Shown here piece by piece: positions 28,031-38,460 of a DNA stretch of 64,000 nt. Below the pieces are notes generated by a model, which was given only the letters and a program-made list of their open reading frames with translations, made no database searches and was not told the origin of the DNA. Source of the DNA: a virus. Taxonomy: Duplodnaviria > Caudoviricetes. A program made the translations under genes and the position numbers. Location: the IMG/VR virus record IMGVR_UViG_3300037634_007329, positions 1-64,000 of that record; one strand, given 5' to 3'. Position 1 is the first letter of the stretch, and each line of letters begins with the position of its first letter.

Positions 28031-28768
28031 ATGACCGAACAACAACTAATAAAGGATATTAATGAAGAGATTACATTTTCAGGAATGTTACCATATTCCC
28101 TTCCAGATAAAGAAATAAAAAGGCAAATAGAAATATCTGTAAAATATTTCTGGGATAATTGGAGACATGCAGTTGAACCAAGATATATGGTACTCCCTAA
28201 AGAATTATTTCACAGTAAAATTTTTAAGAGAAATAGACAAATACAATTACCAGATTGTGTACAGTTCGTTACACAAGTTAAAACTCCAACGGGTGGATCT
28301 ATCTTTGGGACAATGGATAGAGATTTTTCAGAATCAAAATTTATAGGCTCAGAAGTGTTTTTAACACCTTTCATTGGTGAAAGTATAATGTATAGAACAG
28401 TCATATTTTCATTCTTAGATTTAACTAGAGGACTTGTTTTAGATACTATTGCGTATGACTACAATAAAAATTCTAAACTGTTAACCATAATTGGCAGAAC
28501 GCCAAATGGAATAGATGCAGTTATTCAAATCTATAAAACTTTAGAAAAAGATAAGCTATATGAGGATGAAATATTTCAAAGATACGTAAGAGCAAAATGT
28601 AAAGTTAGACTTGCTCATATGTTACAAACATTTAAATATACATTACCGGGTGATGTATCAATAAGTTATGAATCAATAACAGCTACTGCTACCGAAGAAT
28701 TAAAAGAAGTATTGGAAATGATGAAAGGGGAAAATACTACAGATTGGATATATTTATATAGACAATAA
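28031..28768 (+). CDS. Neck / head-completion protein, T4 gp13-like
   Basis: LPDKEIKRQIEISVKYFWD N-terminus; YVRAKCKVRLAHMLQTFKYTLPGDVSISYE C-terminus; next to portal. Confidence 0.65.
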   Translation: MTEQQLIKDINEEITFSGMLPYSLPDKEIKRQIEISVKYFWDNWRHAVEPRYMVLPKELFHSKIFKRNRQIQLPDCVQFVTQVKTPTGGSIFGTMDRDFSESKFIGSEVFLTPFIGESIMYRTVIFSFLDLTRGLVLDTIAYDYNKNSKLLTIIGRTPNGIDAVIQIYKTLEKDKLYEDEIFQRYVRAKCKVRLAHMLQTFKYTLPGDVSISYESITATATEELKEVLEMMKGENTTDWIYLYRQ

Positions 28769-28782
28769 AAATATCATTTAAA

Positions 28783-29163
28783 ATGGCTAAAAGAAATACT
28801 ATACAGGATTTTTATATGAGATCAAAAGAAGATCCAAAATATAAAAATGATATTTTGGAAAACTCAGATGAATTAGAAGAAGCCATTGCTCAAATACGAA
28901 TGACACTTTTAACAGAAAAAGGAGAAGTTTTAGGTGAACCTAATTTTGGAATAGATGTTAATAAATATCTTTTTGATTTTGAAATAGATCCATTTGCATT
29001 ATCTAAACAGGCAAATGCTCAATTAGAAATATATGTAGCAGCAAGTACTACTCATAATATTGAAGTAAAACCTGCACAATACCTTGACGAAAAGCAAAGA
29101 AAAGTATTTGTATTGGGAATAGGCATAGAGGGAATAGATCCTTTTGCTATTCTATATGATTAA
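28783..29163 (+). CDS. Baseplate wedge protein, gp25-like
   Basis: AQIRMTLLTEKGEVLGEPNFGIDVNKYLFD. Confidence 0.8.
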   Translation: MAKRNTIQDFYMRSKEDPKYKNDILENSDELEEAIAQIRMTLLTEKGEVLGEPNFGIDVNKYLFDFEIDPFALSKQANAQLEIYVAASTTHNIEVKPAQYLDEKQRKVFVLGIGIEGIDPFAILYD

Positions 29164-30885
29164 TTATAATTGACCTTCTCCCTTTGTTTCTCCACCATCA
29201 ATGACTTCAGATCCACCGCCCTCTTCGGCACCAGCCGGTGCCGCAGCAGCTCCACCTCCCATGTCTCCAGCAGGAGGCGCTTCTCCTCCGGCAGCCGCAG
29301 CAGCAGCAGCAGCTTCATCCGCTTCAGCTGCTTCTTCTATTTTATAAGTAGCATTTTGTTCAATTTCTTCATCAGATAATCTTAATTCTTTTCTTATTAA
29401 ATACTCTGTTGAGAAATATGGAGTTCCATCATCATTAGTAACACCTTTCATTGCAGTATATCCAGCAAGACGTTTATTATCTAATTCTCTCTGTTTCATT
29501 TCTTCAAATAGATTATCATTATTGAAAATAATACCAACAGAATTTCTAAATTTATGATCTCCTTTTATTTCAGGAACGTCTAATTCCATTTGAAGCCATA
29601 GTGGCTTAGTCATAAGTTCCTTCATAGTAGATCTTAATCTAGTAATAAACTTATTATATCTTATTTCTTCTCTACTAATACCTTCTGCATTTAAAGTAAA
29701 TGCGCCCATGCCAGATTGACCCTCCCATCTAGAATATGGAATTTTAGAATCCATTTTCAATTTCTTTAGAAAGTGGTTAAGAAGTTCAGATCCAGATAAA
29801 TTAGGACCGGGATATTGTAAAGGTTCTATTTTTACTTGTTCATTTTTATCATTTACAGGTAAAACATAGTTTTTATAAAATAATATATTAGGTTGTCCAT
29901 TAACGTTTATTTCACCAGAGTCATTGTCAAAGTTAATATCTTCTTTTAGAATATTTAAAAATTCTCTAACGTCTTCCTGTGCCTTTTGAATAGATTTTGA
30001 ACCAACAGGAACAGTTGTAGTTAATCTAATAGGTGCATTCATTACGTGCCAAATAACTTTACTTTGTTCTATTATCCTTAATAAGTTAAATGATCTTATT
30101 AACCTTTCAACAAACGAAACTCTCTTAGTTCTAAAGTGGTTAGAATAAGACATGTATATTACTTGAGAGTCTGCAAGGGTTCTTACAGATGTACTATTTG
30201 GTTCATACTGTGTCCATTGTAAAAATAACTTTCCTTTTGCATCCTTTGATAATTGCGGAACCACACTAGTTGGATCTAATTCTTTAAATCCTATTACCTC
30301 CTTTGGTTTTTCTAAATTGTCATATATTATTTCAAAAGCAAGGTGACCTTCTATTAAGTATTGATATGCATATTGCCATGCTGAAATACCTTCTTCAAAA
30401 CCCCATGCATTGTATATTCTTTGAAAGTTATCGTTGTATCTTTTAATAATGTTTTCTTGATACTTAAGTCTTTGTTCTTTTGATTTTCCCTTATACATTA
30501 TTTTACCGGTTAAATCATTTGCGTAACAAAACATATTTTCTTCATCGTAAACTATTACATCATCTGCGATAGTTTCTAATATGAATTCTATTTCTCCATT
30601 TGATGCAATATCTCTTAGTCTATCTCTCTTAACTGCATAGTCTAATTGAAAAAAAGCAACTGCTTTATTTCTTAATTGAGAAGTAGTATCGGCAATTGCC
30701 ATTGACATTCTAGCCATTTCATTTCTTCCAAACTGATCATTGCTTCTAGCCAATAACTGGCCTTCAATAAAACCTATTGCCTGTGAGTTTTTAAGTAATA
30801 AATCCTCATGCCTAGCATTGAATCTACTCAATGCGGATAGTCTATTACTTAATCTATTAATTGTATTTCCTAAAAATCCTGCCAT
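29164..30885 (-). CDS. Portal vertex protein, T4 gp20-like
   Basis: 573 aa; EIEFILETIADDVI, LRIIEQSKVIWHVMNAP, KIPYSRW, EGISREEIRYNKFITRLR; Ala/Gly-rich tail. Confidence 0.9.
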   Translation of the reverse strand: MAGFLGNTINRLSNRLSALSRFNARHEDLLLKNSQAIGFIEGQLLARSNDQFGRNEMARMSMAIADTTSQLRNKAVAFFQLDYAVKRDRLRDIASNGEIEFILETIADDVIVYDEENMFCYANDLTGKIMYKGKSKEQRLKYQENIIKRYNDNFQRIYNAWGFEEGISAWQYAYQYLIEGHLAFEIIYDNLEKPKEVIGFKELDPTSVVPQLSKDAKGKLFLQWTQYEPNSTSVRTLADSQVIYMSYSNHFRTKRVSFVERLIRSFNLLRIIEQSKVIWHVMNAPIRLTTTVPVGSKSIQKAQEDVREFLNILKEDINFDNDSGEINVNGQPNILFYKNYVLPVNDKNEQVKIEPLQYPGPNLSGSELLNHFLKKLKMDSKIPYSRWEGQSGMGAFTLNAEGISREEIRYNKFITRLRSTMKELMTKPLWLQMELDVPEIKGDHKFRNSVGIIFNNDNLFEEMKQRELDNKRLAGYTAMKGVTNDDGTPYFSTEYLIRKELRLSDEEIEQNATYKIEEAAEADEAAAAAAAAGGEAPPAGDMGGGAAAAPAGAEEGGGSEVIDGGETKGEGQL

Positions 30886-30899
30886 CTTATGGTTTTAAT

Positions 30900-30907
30900 T
30901 ATTTATA
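30900..30907 (-). promoter_or_regulatory. T4-type late promoter-like TATAAATA upstream of portal
   Basis: TATTTATA on + strand, 14 nt before the portal ATG. Confidence 0.55.
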
Positions 30908-31591
30908 TTAAACTGGAGTGAATTTAGATTCAAATATACTTTGAATAGAAGATAGCCCTCCAACGCTTCCATTAAACACCATTCCTTTATTTGATATATT
31001 CATTTTATATAGATATGGCAATGCATTCCAATCAAGAAGCCTTACGTTCTTTATAGTATTTATTTCATAAATATTCACCGCAAAGCCAATATTTGATCCA
31101 ACTATTGAATTAATGAAATCTTGAGTAACTGACATGAAAGGATTAATATAAGTAGAAACCTTTAATCTTTCAATAAAAGAAAGATCTGATTCAGTTAAAG
31201 TATCATTATAATATTTAGTTATTAGCTCATTTCCTATTCCCATCATCTGATAATACGATTCCAATATCATATTCCTATATGTGGGTGGAAGAACTTTTAA
31301 ATTTAAAATAGAAACATAATTATCATTACTTATTCTAAGAGCCATTCCTATTGGCATTGTATCGTAATATGGTTTATTTGTAAAATAAGCTTTATCTAAC
31401 GTGTTTTGCTTATATTCATGTTCATTTATTGGTAACATATCTGGATTTACAACAATAGGAAGAGATATGCTTAAACTATAGAAGTGACCTGGAAAAAGAA
31501 TAGGAGAATACGGTACGCCTAGTTCTTCAACTATTTTAAAAGGATCTCTCGTAGGAGTTTTTATGCATATTTCCTGTAAAGTCTTAATCAT
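30908..31591 (-). CDS. DNA end-protector protein, T4 gp2-like
   Basis: PGHFY, PYYDTMP, LNLKVLPP..R motifs; close to a gp4-like gene. Confidence 0.6.
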   Translation of the reverse strand: MIKTLQEICIKTPTRDPFKIVEELGVPYSPILFPGHFYSLSISLPIVVNPDMLPINEHEYKQNTLDKAYFTNKPYYDTMPIGMALRISNDNYVSILNLKVLPPTYRNMILESYYQMMGIGNELITKYYNDTLTESDLSFIERLKVSTYINPFMSVTQDFINSIVGSNIGFAVNIYEINTIKNVRLLDWNALPYLYKMNISNKGMVFNGSVGGLSSIQSIFESKFTPV

Positions 31592-32699
31592 TTAATTTAA
31601 TTCTATTAAACAGTTTACCTGAAATATCTTCTATTTCTCGCTGTCTTCTTTTATTTTCTTGGTTTCTAGCAACTGCAGTAACGGCCTGTGAAAGTTTCCA
31701 AAGAGTTCCTTCTCCTTTTACACCATCAGATGGTCGATTGGCGATCAACACTTCTTCTATTTCCTCTATTTCATGTTTAAAGATGCCAACTTTTTTTAAG
31801 TTAATTATTTCTTTTCCAAAATCAACTTCCCTTTCACTAGCGAGTTGTATAACTTTAGCTTGCCTTTCTATATTTTTTGGATCAAAACTATTTTTAACTA
31901 AATCTCCTATTAAACTTGACTGAGTTTCAGTATCTAATTGATATGTCCTTTCGCTTAAGGATAAATCACTGGGCAGCTGTCTTCCGAGATGAATCTGTCT
32001 AAGCATATTGTCTCTAGTCATACCATTTAAACACACTACTTGCATGTTATATGCTTGCAATTGCAATGCACCATCTCCAAAATCAGAATTTGATATTCTT
32101 AATCCAAATACCATATGAACAATACCATTTTTTTCAGTAGGAACGCTAATAACTTTAGGATAAATGGTTTCACAATATGTTCTTGTTGAATCAACATGTG
32201 CATCTATTATCTTAGCTCCATTTTTATTACATTCATTAAAAAATACAGAATATATTTCAGAGGTATCTAAGCGCCTATAATGATCTGAAAGAATTCCTCT
32301 AATTTCACCTCCAACTGCTCTGATTAATACTTTTTTTCTATTTGTAAAAGCGCTGTGTGTATTTAAAATATCTGCAGCAAGATCCCTCTGCCATCTTTCA
32401 CCAAAAGATAATTTTTTAATATAACCTGTCGGTACTCCTAGCTTCTCTCCAGCTTGTCCAATTGCATGTGAATGTAAAACATATGATTTTGAAGAAACAT
32501 CAAGTCTTAAAACACCGTTTGAATTAAATTTTAATAGATCAGAATCTCCTAAGGGAGCTATGAAATCATTCATTAATCTACCTTCTTTTTCTATAGTGTC
32601 TAATACGGGTTTTATTCTATCTTCCGCTGAAGTTAATCTAGAATTAATTTTATTCTGTAAAATCGCATGTTCTTTATCAATTGGACCGTGTGATATCAT
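31584..32699 (-). CDS. DUF932-like protein
   Basis: GILSDHYRRLD, ISNSDFGDGAL, VVCLNGM, TLWKLSQAVT. Confidence 0.7.
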   Translation of the reverse strand: MISHGPIDKEHAILQNKINSRLTSAEDRIKPVLDTIEKEGRLMNDFIAPLGDSDLLKFNSNGVLRLDVSSKSYVLHSHAIGQAGEKLGVPTGYIKKLSFGERWQRDLAADILNTHSAFTNRKKVLIRAVGGEIRGILSDHYRRLDTSEIYSVFFNECNKNGAKIIDAHVDSTRTYCETIYPKVISVPTEKNGIVHMVFGLRISNSDFGDGALQLQAYNMQVVCLNGMTRDNMLRQIHLGRQLPSDLSLSERTYQLDTETQSSLIGDLVKNSFDPKNIERQAKVIQLASEREVDFGKEIINLKKVGIFKHEIEEIEEVLIANRPSDGVKGEGTLWKLSQAVTAVARNQENKRRQREIEDISGKLFNRIKLND

Positions 32700-32733
32700 T
32701 TTAAAAAGCTTTTTGTTAATAATATATTATATT

Positions 32734-33240
32734 CTACAACCCTTTGAATAAAAAGTTTTCGGTAATTATACCAAATTTAATACCTTTAGATGCGGCGTAG
32801 TCTCTAGCCGCTTCAAACTTTGCCTGGTTTATTATAAACGTTTTAGCATGATTAACATATTTATGTGTTTGTTTTTCAGTAAGTCGCTTTGGTGCCTCAG
32901 GTGGCTTTGTAAATTTTTCAGGTTTTATTTCTAATAACCAATTGGTAAGAGTTTCATTTGAATTTTTAATCGTAATAAACATATCTACCCAATATTTTGA
33001 AACTTTTTTAGAAATTGGATTATAGTATGGAATACCAACGGGTTCAGAAGAATATTTTATTATTTTTGAATTTTCATCACAGTATTTCAAAAACTTATAT
33101 TCCCACCCTGATCTGTATATTATTTGAGAAATATCTCCATTATATTTGTTTGGGTTTTTGGGTATGAAGTAGCCCTGTTTGATCCTTCCCCTTCTTGGCT
33201 TTAGGGTTTCCTTTATGCTCTTTGGTTTTTTCTTCGCCAT
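32734..33240 (-). CDS. Head-completion nuclease, T4 gp4 / TnsA-like
   Basis: QGYFIPKNPNKYNGD, IYRSGWEYKF, SSEP..IPY, YWVD, EIKP, NQAKFEAA. Confidence 0.9.
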   Translation of the reverse strand: MAKKKPKSIKETLKPRRGRIKQGYFIPKNPNKYNGDISQIIYRSGWEYKFLKYCDENSKIIKYSSEPVGIPYYNPISKKVSKYWVDMFITIKNSNETLTNWLLEIKPEKFTKPPEAPKRLTEKQTHKYVNHAKTFIINQAKFEAARDYAASKGIKFGIITENFLFKGL

Positions 33241-33276
33241 ATTGTGTAATTAAACTAACTGAATATCTATCGTGCA

Positions 33277-33489
33277 TTATTCTATTTCAGCAATTATTTT
33301 AACATTTCTTAATTTGATAAAACCACCTTCATTTAAACTATCTTGTGATATTATTATTTTAATTTCTTGTGTTCTAGTATTATATAAATGATACATATTA
33401 ACGTCAAGTCTTTGTACCACTTCATAGTTTGGAGCACAGGAAGTGCACATAGACAAAGCTAATGCTAATATTAACACTACTCTAATCAT
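33277..33489 (-). CDS. Putative lipoprotein
   Basis: MIRVVLILALALSMCTSC lipobox-like. Confidence 0.55.
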   Translation of the reverse strand: MIRVVLILALALSMCTSCAPNYEVVQRLDVNMYHLYNTRTQEIKIIISQDSLNEGGFIKLRNVKIIAEIE

Positions 33490-33809
33490 TCTTCTGTTTC
33501 AATGGTTTCTTGCTTTTTACTAATAAAAATATCAGCGTCCTTTGGATCAAGTTTTCCAGTATTTACTAACTTAACTAATAATGAAGAAAGGGCTAATTGT
33601 GAAGGTTTTTCATTATCAAAATATACTTCTAGTTCATCTGCATCATGTGCAGACTTTAAATCATTATATGCAGATTCAGCAGCTTCTTCTACTTCTTCTT
33701 CTGAACCAACTAATTCTACAAGTTGATCTAATATTTCTTCAGCTATGTTTAATTCAGTAGAATCAATTTCTTCATTTAGCTGGCTTCGTGTTTTAATAAA
33801 TGATTTCAT
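33486..33809 (-). CDS. Putative internal head protein (acidic)
   Basis: MKSFIKTRSQLNEE; ATAAATA upstream on minus strand (33831..33837). Confidence 0.5.
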   Translation of the reverse strand: MKSFIKTRSQLNEEIDSTELNIAEEILDQLVELVGSEEEVEEAAESAYNDLKSAHDADELEVYFDNEKPSQLALSSLLVKLVNTGKLDPKDADIFISKKQETIETEE

Positions 33810-33837
33810 TATATTAATTATATTTTTTATTATTTAT

Positions 33838-34998
33838 TCAAATAAAGATTGCATCAAAAAATGAATTTGAATAATAATCATCTAAATAATTATTAAAGTC
33901 TTTATATGTAATATTATTATCTTTTATTTTCATAAATTTAAAAACATCATTTACATCATTTATCTTTTTTATTTCTTTTATAGAAGAAGGATATTTTTTA
34001 GATAAATTAGATATAAACTTTGACCATAAAAAAACCAAGTATCCCTCTTTAATTAAATTTAAAGATTCAGACTTACCGGCTTTATCATTATCTAATAATA
34101 TTTTTATATTATCTGAATTATTTAACATCAATAGTACATCTCTTATTTTTCCAACACCTGTCGAAGCCATTGCGTTTTTTATAAACATGGAATCAAATTG
34201 ACCTTCTAATATTGTTATGGGTTCCCTATGATTTAAATTAAGAATATTAAAATAATTATTCAAAAGATCTATTTCTCTTAATTCTATTTTTGTAAATTCT
34301 ACACTAGCTAGGCCCTCTCTTAATATCTCAGTGTAATTATAAATCCTATACTTTGGACCATAATAATCCTCAGTTGCGTTTCTAATTGAGAAACCTAATA
34401 TTTTATTTGACACATCATCTTTGTTAAAAATATATAATTTTTCCATTTTTTCATCATGATAACAGCATCCTAATAATTTATGATTTCCGTTTAAAAACCT
34501 TTCATTTTTTATATAATTAACGGTTTGTGAATTTATACTAAAGTCATCTATTTTAGATAAAGAAAAACGATTAATAAAATAATCCAATGATATTAATTTA
34601 TTAGAAATTTCTTTATTAAGTAAAAAATTCAATAAAGAGGATTTCTTTTTACTAATTATAGTTTCTTTTATATCACCTTTTAAAAATACATCAGGTGGAC
34701 TTAAATTAAACTTTTGACAATGATAAGATATAAATTTAGTTAAAGGAGCATATGTCATGCATCCATCGTTGAAACATTTAAAAGTATTTGTTGAAAGGTA
34801 TATGTTCCCTCTTTTTTTACTTTTCTTTTTATTTGAATCCTTACAATAGGGACATGCGATATTCAACTTATCTCCATCCTCGTTTATTTCTCTTTTTATT
34901 CTATCTTTAGGAAAAGTTTTATCTAATACCTCTTGAATGAAACTTTTTAAAGAATGCGACTTAGTGGAAAGATTCCATATTTCTTTATCATCTATCAT
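33838..34998 (-). CDS. DNA primase, T4 gp61-like
   Basis: Zn finger CPYC...KRGNIY...CFNDGC; TOPRIM ILEGQFDS and LLDNDKAG. Confidence 0.9.
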   Translation of the reverse strand: MIDDKEIWNLSTKSHSLKSFIQEVLDKTFPKDRIKREINEDGDKLNIACPYCKDSNKKKSKKRGNIYLSTNTFKCFNDGCMTYAPLTKFISYHCQKFNLSPPDVFLKGDIKETIISKKKSSLLNFLLNKEISNKLISLDYFINRFSLSKIDDFSINSQTVNYIKNERFLNGNHKLLGCCYHDEKMEKLYIFNKDDVSNKILGFSIRNATEDYYGPKYRIYNYTEILREGLASVEFTKIELREIDLLNNYFNILNLNHREPITILEGQFDSMFIKNAMASTGVGKIRDVLLMLNNSDNIKILLDNDKAGKSESLNLIKEGYLVFLWSKFISNLSKKYPSSIKEIKKINDVNDVFKFMKIKDNNITYKDFNNYLDDYYSNSFFDAIFI

Positions 34999-36446
34999 AT
35001 ATCTAATTTGATCTGCTCAACATTTTCAGTGACTTCTTCTAATTCTATTCCTAATCTTTTAGCTGTTCTTTTTCTAAAGGCTTGTAATTTTGCACTAGGC
35101 ACTATTTTAGTATCTAATCCATATTTAGATATTATATCAATATATTCATTAAAAGCATCGTCTGGCACCTTTGCTTTAGGATCACCTATGATTTTCCAAA
35201 ACTTCTCAGGAATTTCATTGTATTGTAGAGTTTTTGTATTGATAACAAATAGAGGATACATTTCCTCTTCAGTAAGAGCTTTTCTAGTTCCAGTCTTTAC
35301 CATTTCAACATTTCTATTAAGATGTACATTTAATTCATTCATCCCAAGCGCCTTCAACTGTCTATTAATTGGCTCCACTATCAATGAAAAAAACTGTTTA
35401 TTGTAATCAATTGGCACTGCTATTTCTTCTGGAAAGGATCCTGGCGAATATGCAAATACATCAAATTCAAATTCATTAGAAGATGGAAAATAATATTTTA
35501 TCTTATTACCTTCTCTTATTTTAGAATACTTTCCCAATAATCCATTTTTTATCAACAGATGATTATAATATGAAGCAGCCCTGGCGTATATGGGTATTCC
35601 CTTTATTAATTCTAATTTTTTTTCACTCTTAACATACTTATTATATACTCTACAATTAAAATTAAACGCTAACTCATCTATACTCTTTAAAGATATCTCC
35701 TTTTTAAGATCTTCTAATCTAGGAATTAAATCTTTTTCTATGTCTATAGAATATCCCTTTTCTAATATTAATTTAGTAAATGTCTCTAAATGGTTTCTAG
35801 CCCAAATTGGATATGAACTTTTTATCATTTCTAATCCTTTAAATACTTCATAGTCTGATTCATTACTTTTATTCCTCAATAATGTTTTATTGTGATTAGG
35901 TTCATATGAAACCTGCAACGCATAATTTTTCTTTTTTAACCATAACCCCTTTATAGATAAATTTTCTAATTCAAAATTTTGTCTATTGTCTGTATTAAAA
36001 TGGGTACCATATTTATCAAAACACTTGTTAAAATATTCAGCTAGTCTAAATTCATCTATTTTAATACAGATGTTTAAATATTCTTCATCTGTTAACTCCT
36101 GCATTCCTTTAATAGACTTGATTGCTGAACCAAATTGAACATATATTGAATCCGTATCTGTGTATATAGCAGCTTCGTCTTCTACTTTTTCAATTTCATA
36201 TTTAGAAATACCAAGATGCTCATGAAGTTCTTTATCTAAATGCCACCGTTCTTTGAAATAAAAATTTACTGCTTTTATGGTAAATTTTATTAAATCCTGT
36301 CCCTGAAGAGTTATGCTTTGTGCAATATCTGTGTTAAAAAAATAAAACCATTTATTACCAAATGCACCATAAATTGAATTAATTAATAGCTTTATTGCCA
36401 GTTGCTTTAAATCTAATTTTTTATATCGTAAATCTTTATCTTCCAT
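34995..36446 (-). CDS. Family B DNA polymerase, C-terminal subunit of a split enzyme (gp43B-like)
   Basis: Begins at fingers/motif B (KQLAIKLLINSIYGAFGN), SITLQGQ, motif C YTDTDS, KKNY, KGLE; no exonuclease domain or motif A. Confidence 0.9.
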   Translation of the reverse strand: MEDKDLRYKKLDLKQLAIKLLINSIYGAFGNKWFYFFNTDIAQSITLQGQDLIKFTIKAVNFYFKERWHLDKELHEHLGISKYEIEKVEDEAAIYTDTDSIYVQFGSAIKSIKGMQELTDEEYLNICIKIDEFRLAEYFNKCFDKYGTHFNTDNRQNFELENLSIKGLWLKKKNYALQVSYEPNHNKTLLRNKSNESDYEVFKGLEMIKSSYPIWARNHLETFTKLILEKGYSIDIEKDLIPRLEDLKKEISLKSIDELAFNFNCRVYNKYVKSEKKLELIKGIPIYARAASYYNHLLIKNGLLGKYSKIREGNKIKYYFPSSNEFEFDVFAYSPGSFPEEIAVPIDYNKQFFSLIVEPINRQLKALGMNELNVHLNRNVEMVKTGTRKALTEEEMYPLFVINTKTLQYNEIPEKFWKIIGDPKAKVPDDAFNEYIDIISKYGLDTKIVPSAKLQAFRKRTAKRLGIELEEVTENVEQIKLDI

Positions 36447-36469
36447 GAATAAATGTATTTAATATCTTT

Positions 36470-36477
36470 TATAAATA
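36470..36477 (+). promoter_or_regulatory. T4-type late promoter-like TATAAATA
   Basis: 20 nt before in-frame ATG 36498. Confidence 0.45.
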
Positions 36478-36497
36478 ATTTAAAGAAAGTTTTAAAG

Positions 36498-37115
36498 ATG
36501 TCAAAAGATTTTGAAGATTTAGCAGAGGTATATAAAATATTTCCTTTTTTGGAAGCATTTCCATTTAAGTATTATAAAATGTCATTAGGAAAGGATAAAT
36601 CCTTTGGCTTAGACCTGGAAGCCGCTCAAAAATTACTTTTTGGAGAGAATGATGTTAAAATAAGACCAATTCCATTGATTCATTTTACATACGCAAACGA
36701 TAGCAGCGATATTACAATTTCATTTTATTTAGAAGATATAGGATTTTTAGCAGATAGGGCCGACGAAATCATTAAGCTTGATTCAGTTAGAAAAATAATA
36801 GATAGGGGATTGAAAAATATTAAATTTTCATCTAAAATGAAAGCTATACGAGAATTAGATAGCTTTATGAAAAAAGCTGGAACTTCTGACATATTAAAAA
36901 AAGACACTTTTTATTCAGTATTAAGAAGCATTCAAGAAATACATGAAACGACGCTATCAAAAGACACGGTTGATAAATTAAGGAACCTCGATGAATCGCT
37001 GAAGACGAGACAGTTGTTATCATCAGAACAAATATGTGTAAACACGTATTTAAATTTTCAATTACATCATGCTAAAATCATATTGGGAACGATAATAGCA
37101 TCTAAAATATATTAA
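36498..37115 (+). CDS. Hypothetical protein
   Basis: ORF in track (36453..37115); MSKDFEDL at 36498 is the more plausible start. Confidence 0.6.
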   Translation: MSKDFEDLAEVYKIFPFLEAFPFKYYKMSLGKDKSFGLDLEAAQKLLFGENDVKIRPIPLIHFTYANDSSDITISFYLEDIGFLADRADEIIKLDSVRKIIDRGLKNIKFSSKMKAIRELDSFMKKAGTSDILKKDTFYSVLRSIQEIHETTLSKDTVDKLRNLDESLKTRQLLSSEQICVNTYLNFQLHHAKIILGTIIASKIY

Positions 37116-37118
37116 TAT

Positions 37119-37868
37119 ATGGCTAGAAGAAGAAACAAGCAATTAGACCAAAACGAAATAGAAGAGCTAGAAGGCTTTTTAAATAGAAGAAACATAGAAG
37201 AGGAAAAGCTCTTTGAATTAATAAAAATAAAAATAAAGCATAAAAGTAGAAATCAAAAGAAGCTAACTGAATCTATACGTAAAAATGAAATAACGATTGC
37301 CTCGGGATTACCCGGAACTGGAAAGACTTTCCTAGCTTGCGCAGAAGCACTTAGAGCGATCAAGAACACTGTAAAATATAAAAGAATAGTTTTAATTAAG
37401 TCTATAACTCCATTGAAAGACGAGGAGATAGGACACCTTCCTGGTGATTTAAAGGAAAAAATGGCACCTATAATGGAATCATTCACAGATAACTTAAGAA
37501 AATTGGTAGGTAAAAGTAGAATGGAAAAGATGATGGAGCTCGGTTTAATAGAAATAGTCCCAATAGCTTTCGCCAGGGGAAGGACAATAGATCATTCTAT
37601 TATATTAATTGATGAAGCTCAAAATATAACAATGAATAACATAAGAACACTTATGACTAGAATAGGAGATAATTCAAAAATGGTAATAATGGGAGACATA
37701 AAACAAAAAGACATAAAAAGAAACAGTTCACTTGAAATAATATTTGATAGGTTCAATGGCATTGAAGGATTCGGATGCGTAGAACTTAGAAGCGAAGAAG
37801 ATGTTGTTAGAAATCCTATAATAAAAACTATAGAATCTGTTTTTGATTCACTAGAGGAAAATAAATAA
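37119..37868 (+). CDS. phoH: PhoH-like ATPase
   Basis: GLPGTGKT, GHLPGDLKEK, FARGRT, IDEAQN, TRIG, GDIKQKD, VVRNP. Confidence 0.95.
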   Translation: MARRRNKQLDQNEIEELEGFLNRRNIEEEKLFELIKIKIKHKSRNQKKLTESIRKNEITIASGLPGTGKTFLACAEALRAIKNTVKYKRIVLIKSITPLKDEEIGHLPGDLKEKMAPIMESFTDNLRKLVGKSRMEKMMELGLIEIVPIAFARGRTIDHSIILIDEAQNITMNNIRTLMTRIGDNSKMVIMGDIKQKDIKRNSSLEIIFDRFNGIEGFGCVELRSEEDVVRNPIIKTIESVFDSLEENK

Positions 37869-37904
37869 CAATATATTTTAGTATATTATAAAAAAAAAAG
37901 GAAC

Positions 37905-38450
37905 ATGAAAAATTATATAAAAAATTTTAGTCAATTTCAGAGGATTAATGAGCAAGAGGGATCATTAGGAATAGACGCTGAAGCATTATCATCTATAGCC
38001 AGCGGCGATATAGGAGAAGGAGTATTTTTTGGTAAAGACAATTGGTGGTTAACTAAATCTACAAAAGAAATAGAATCATTAATGAAAGCCGTATTTGGCG
38101 ATGATAATATAGATGAATATAAACTAGCTGCGATTCATGGTGGAGACGAAATGGAAATTATTTCAAATGATGGATTACAAGGATCTTGTGGCGGTAAAAC
38201 ATATCCTTTAAAATCTGCACAGGATGGTAAAGTAAAGATAATAGATGCTGGAAACAATACGCTTGATAATGAAGATTATGAAAAAAATCAAATGGAACAT
38301 GCTCAAAAAGAGGGAATTCCTTTAAACGATGCAGATGCTGTAGTAATAACATTTGAAGACGATACTAAAATTGTTCACATATTCCCAAATAATGGAGGAT
38401 GGGGAGATCGCGTAATAACACTAGGATTAGCCTCTAGCCTTAAAAAATAA
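37905..38450 (+). CDS. Putative internal head protein
   Basis: MKNYIKNFSQFQRINE. Confidence 0.55.
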   Translation: MKNYIKNFSQFQRINEQEGSLGIDAEALSSIASGDIGEGVFFGKDNWWLTKSTKEIESLMKAVFGDDNIDEYKLAAIHGGDEMEIISNDGLQGSCGGKTYPLKSAQDGKVKIIDAGNNTLDNEDYEKNQMEHAQKEGIPLNDADAVVITFEDDTKIVHIFPNNGGWGDRVITLGLASSLKK

Positions 38451-38460
38451 AAAAGAAATT

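Noticed and set aside
29200-29340. GC-rich GCA/GCC repeats as a foreign insertion
   Set aside because: They simply encode the Ala/Gly/Pro-rich disordered C-terminal tail of the portal.
36380-36446. Split intein at the start of the polymerase half
   Set aside because: No intein C-terminal block (HN followed by C/S/T) is present; the ORF enters the fingers helix directly.
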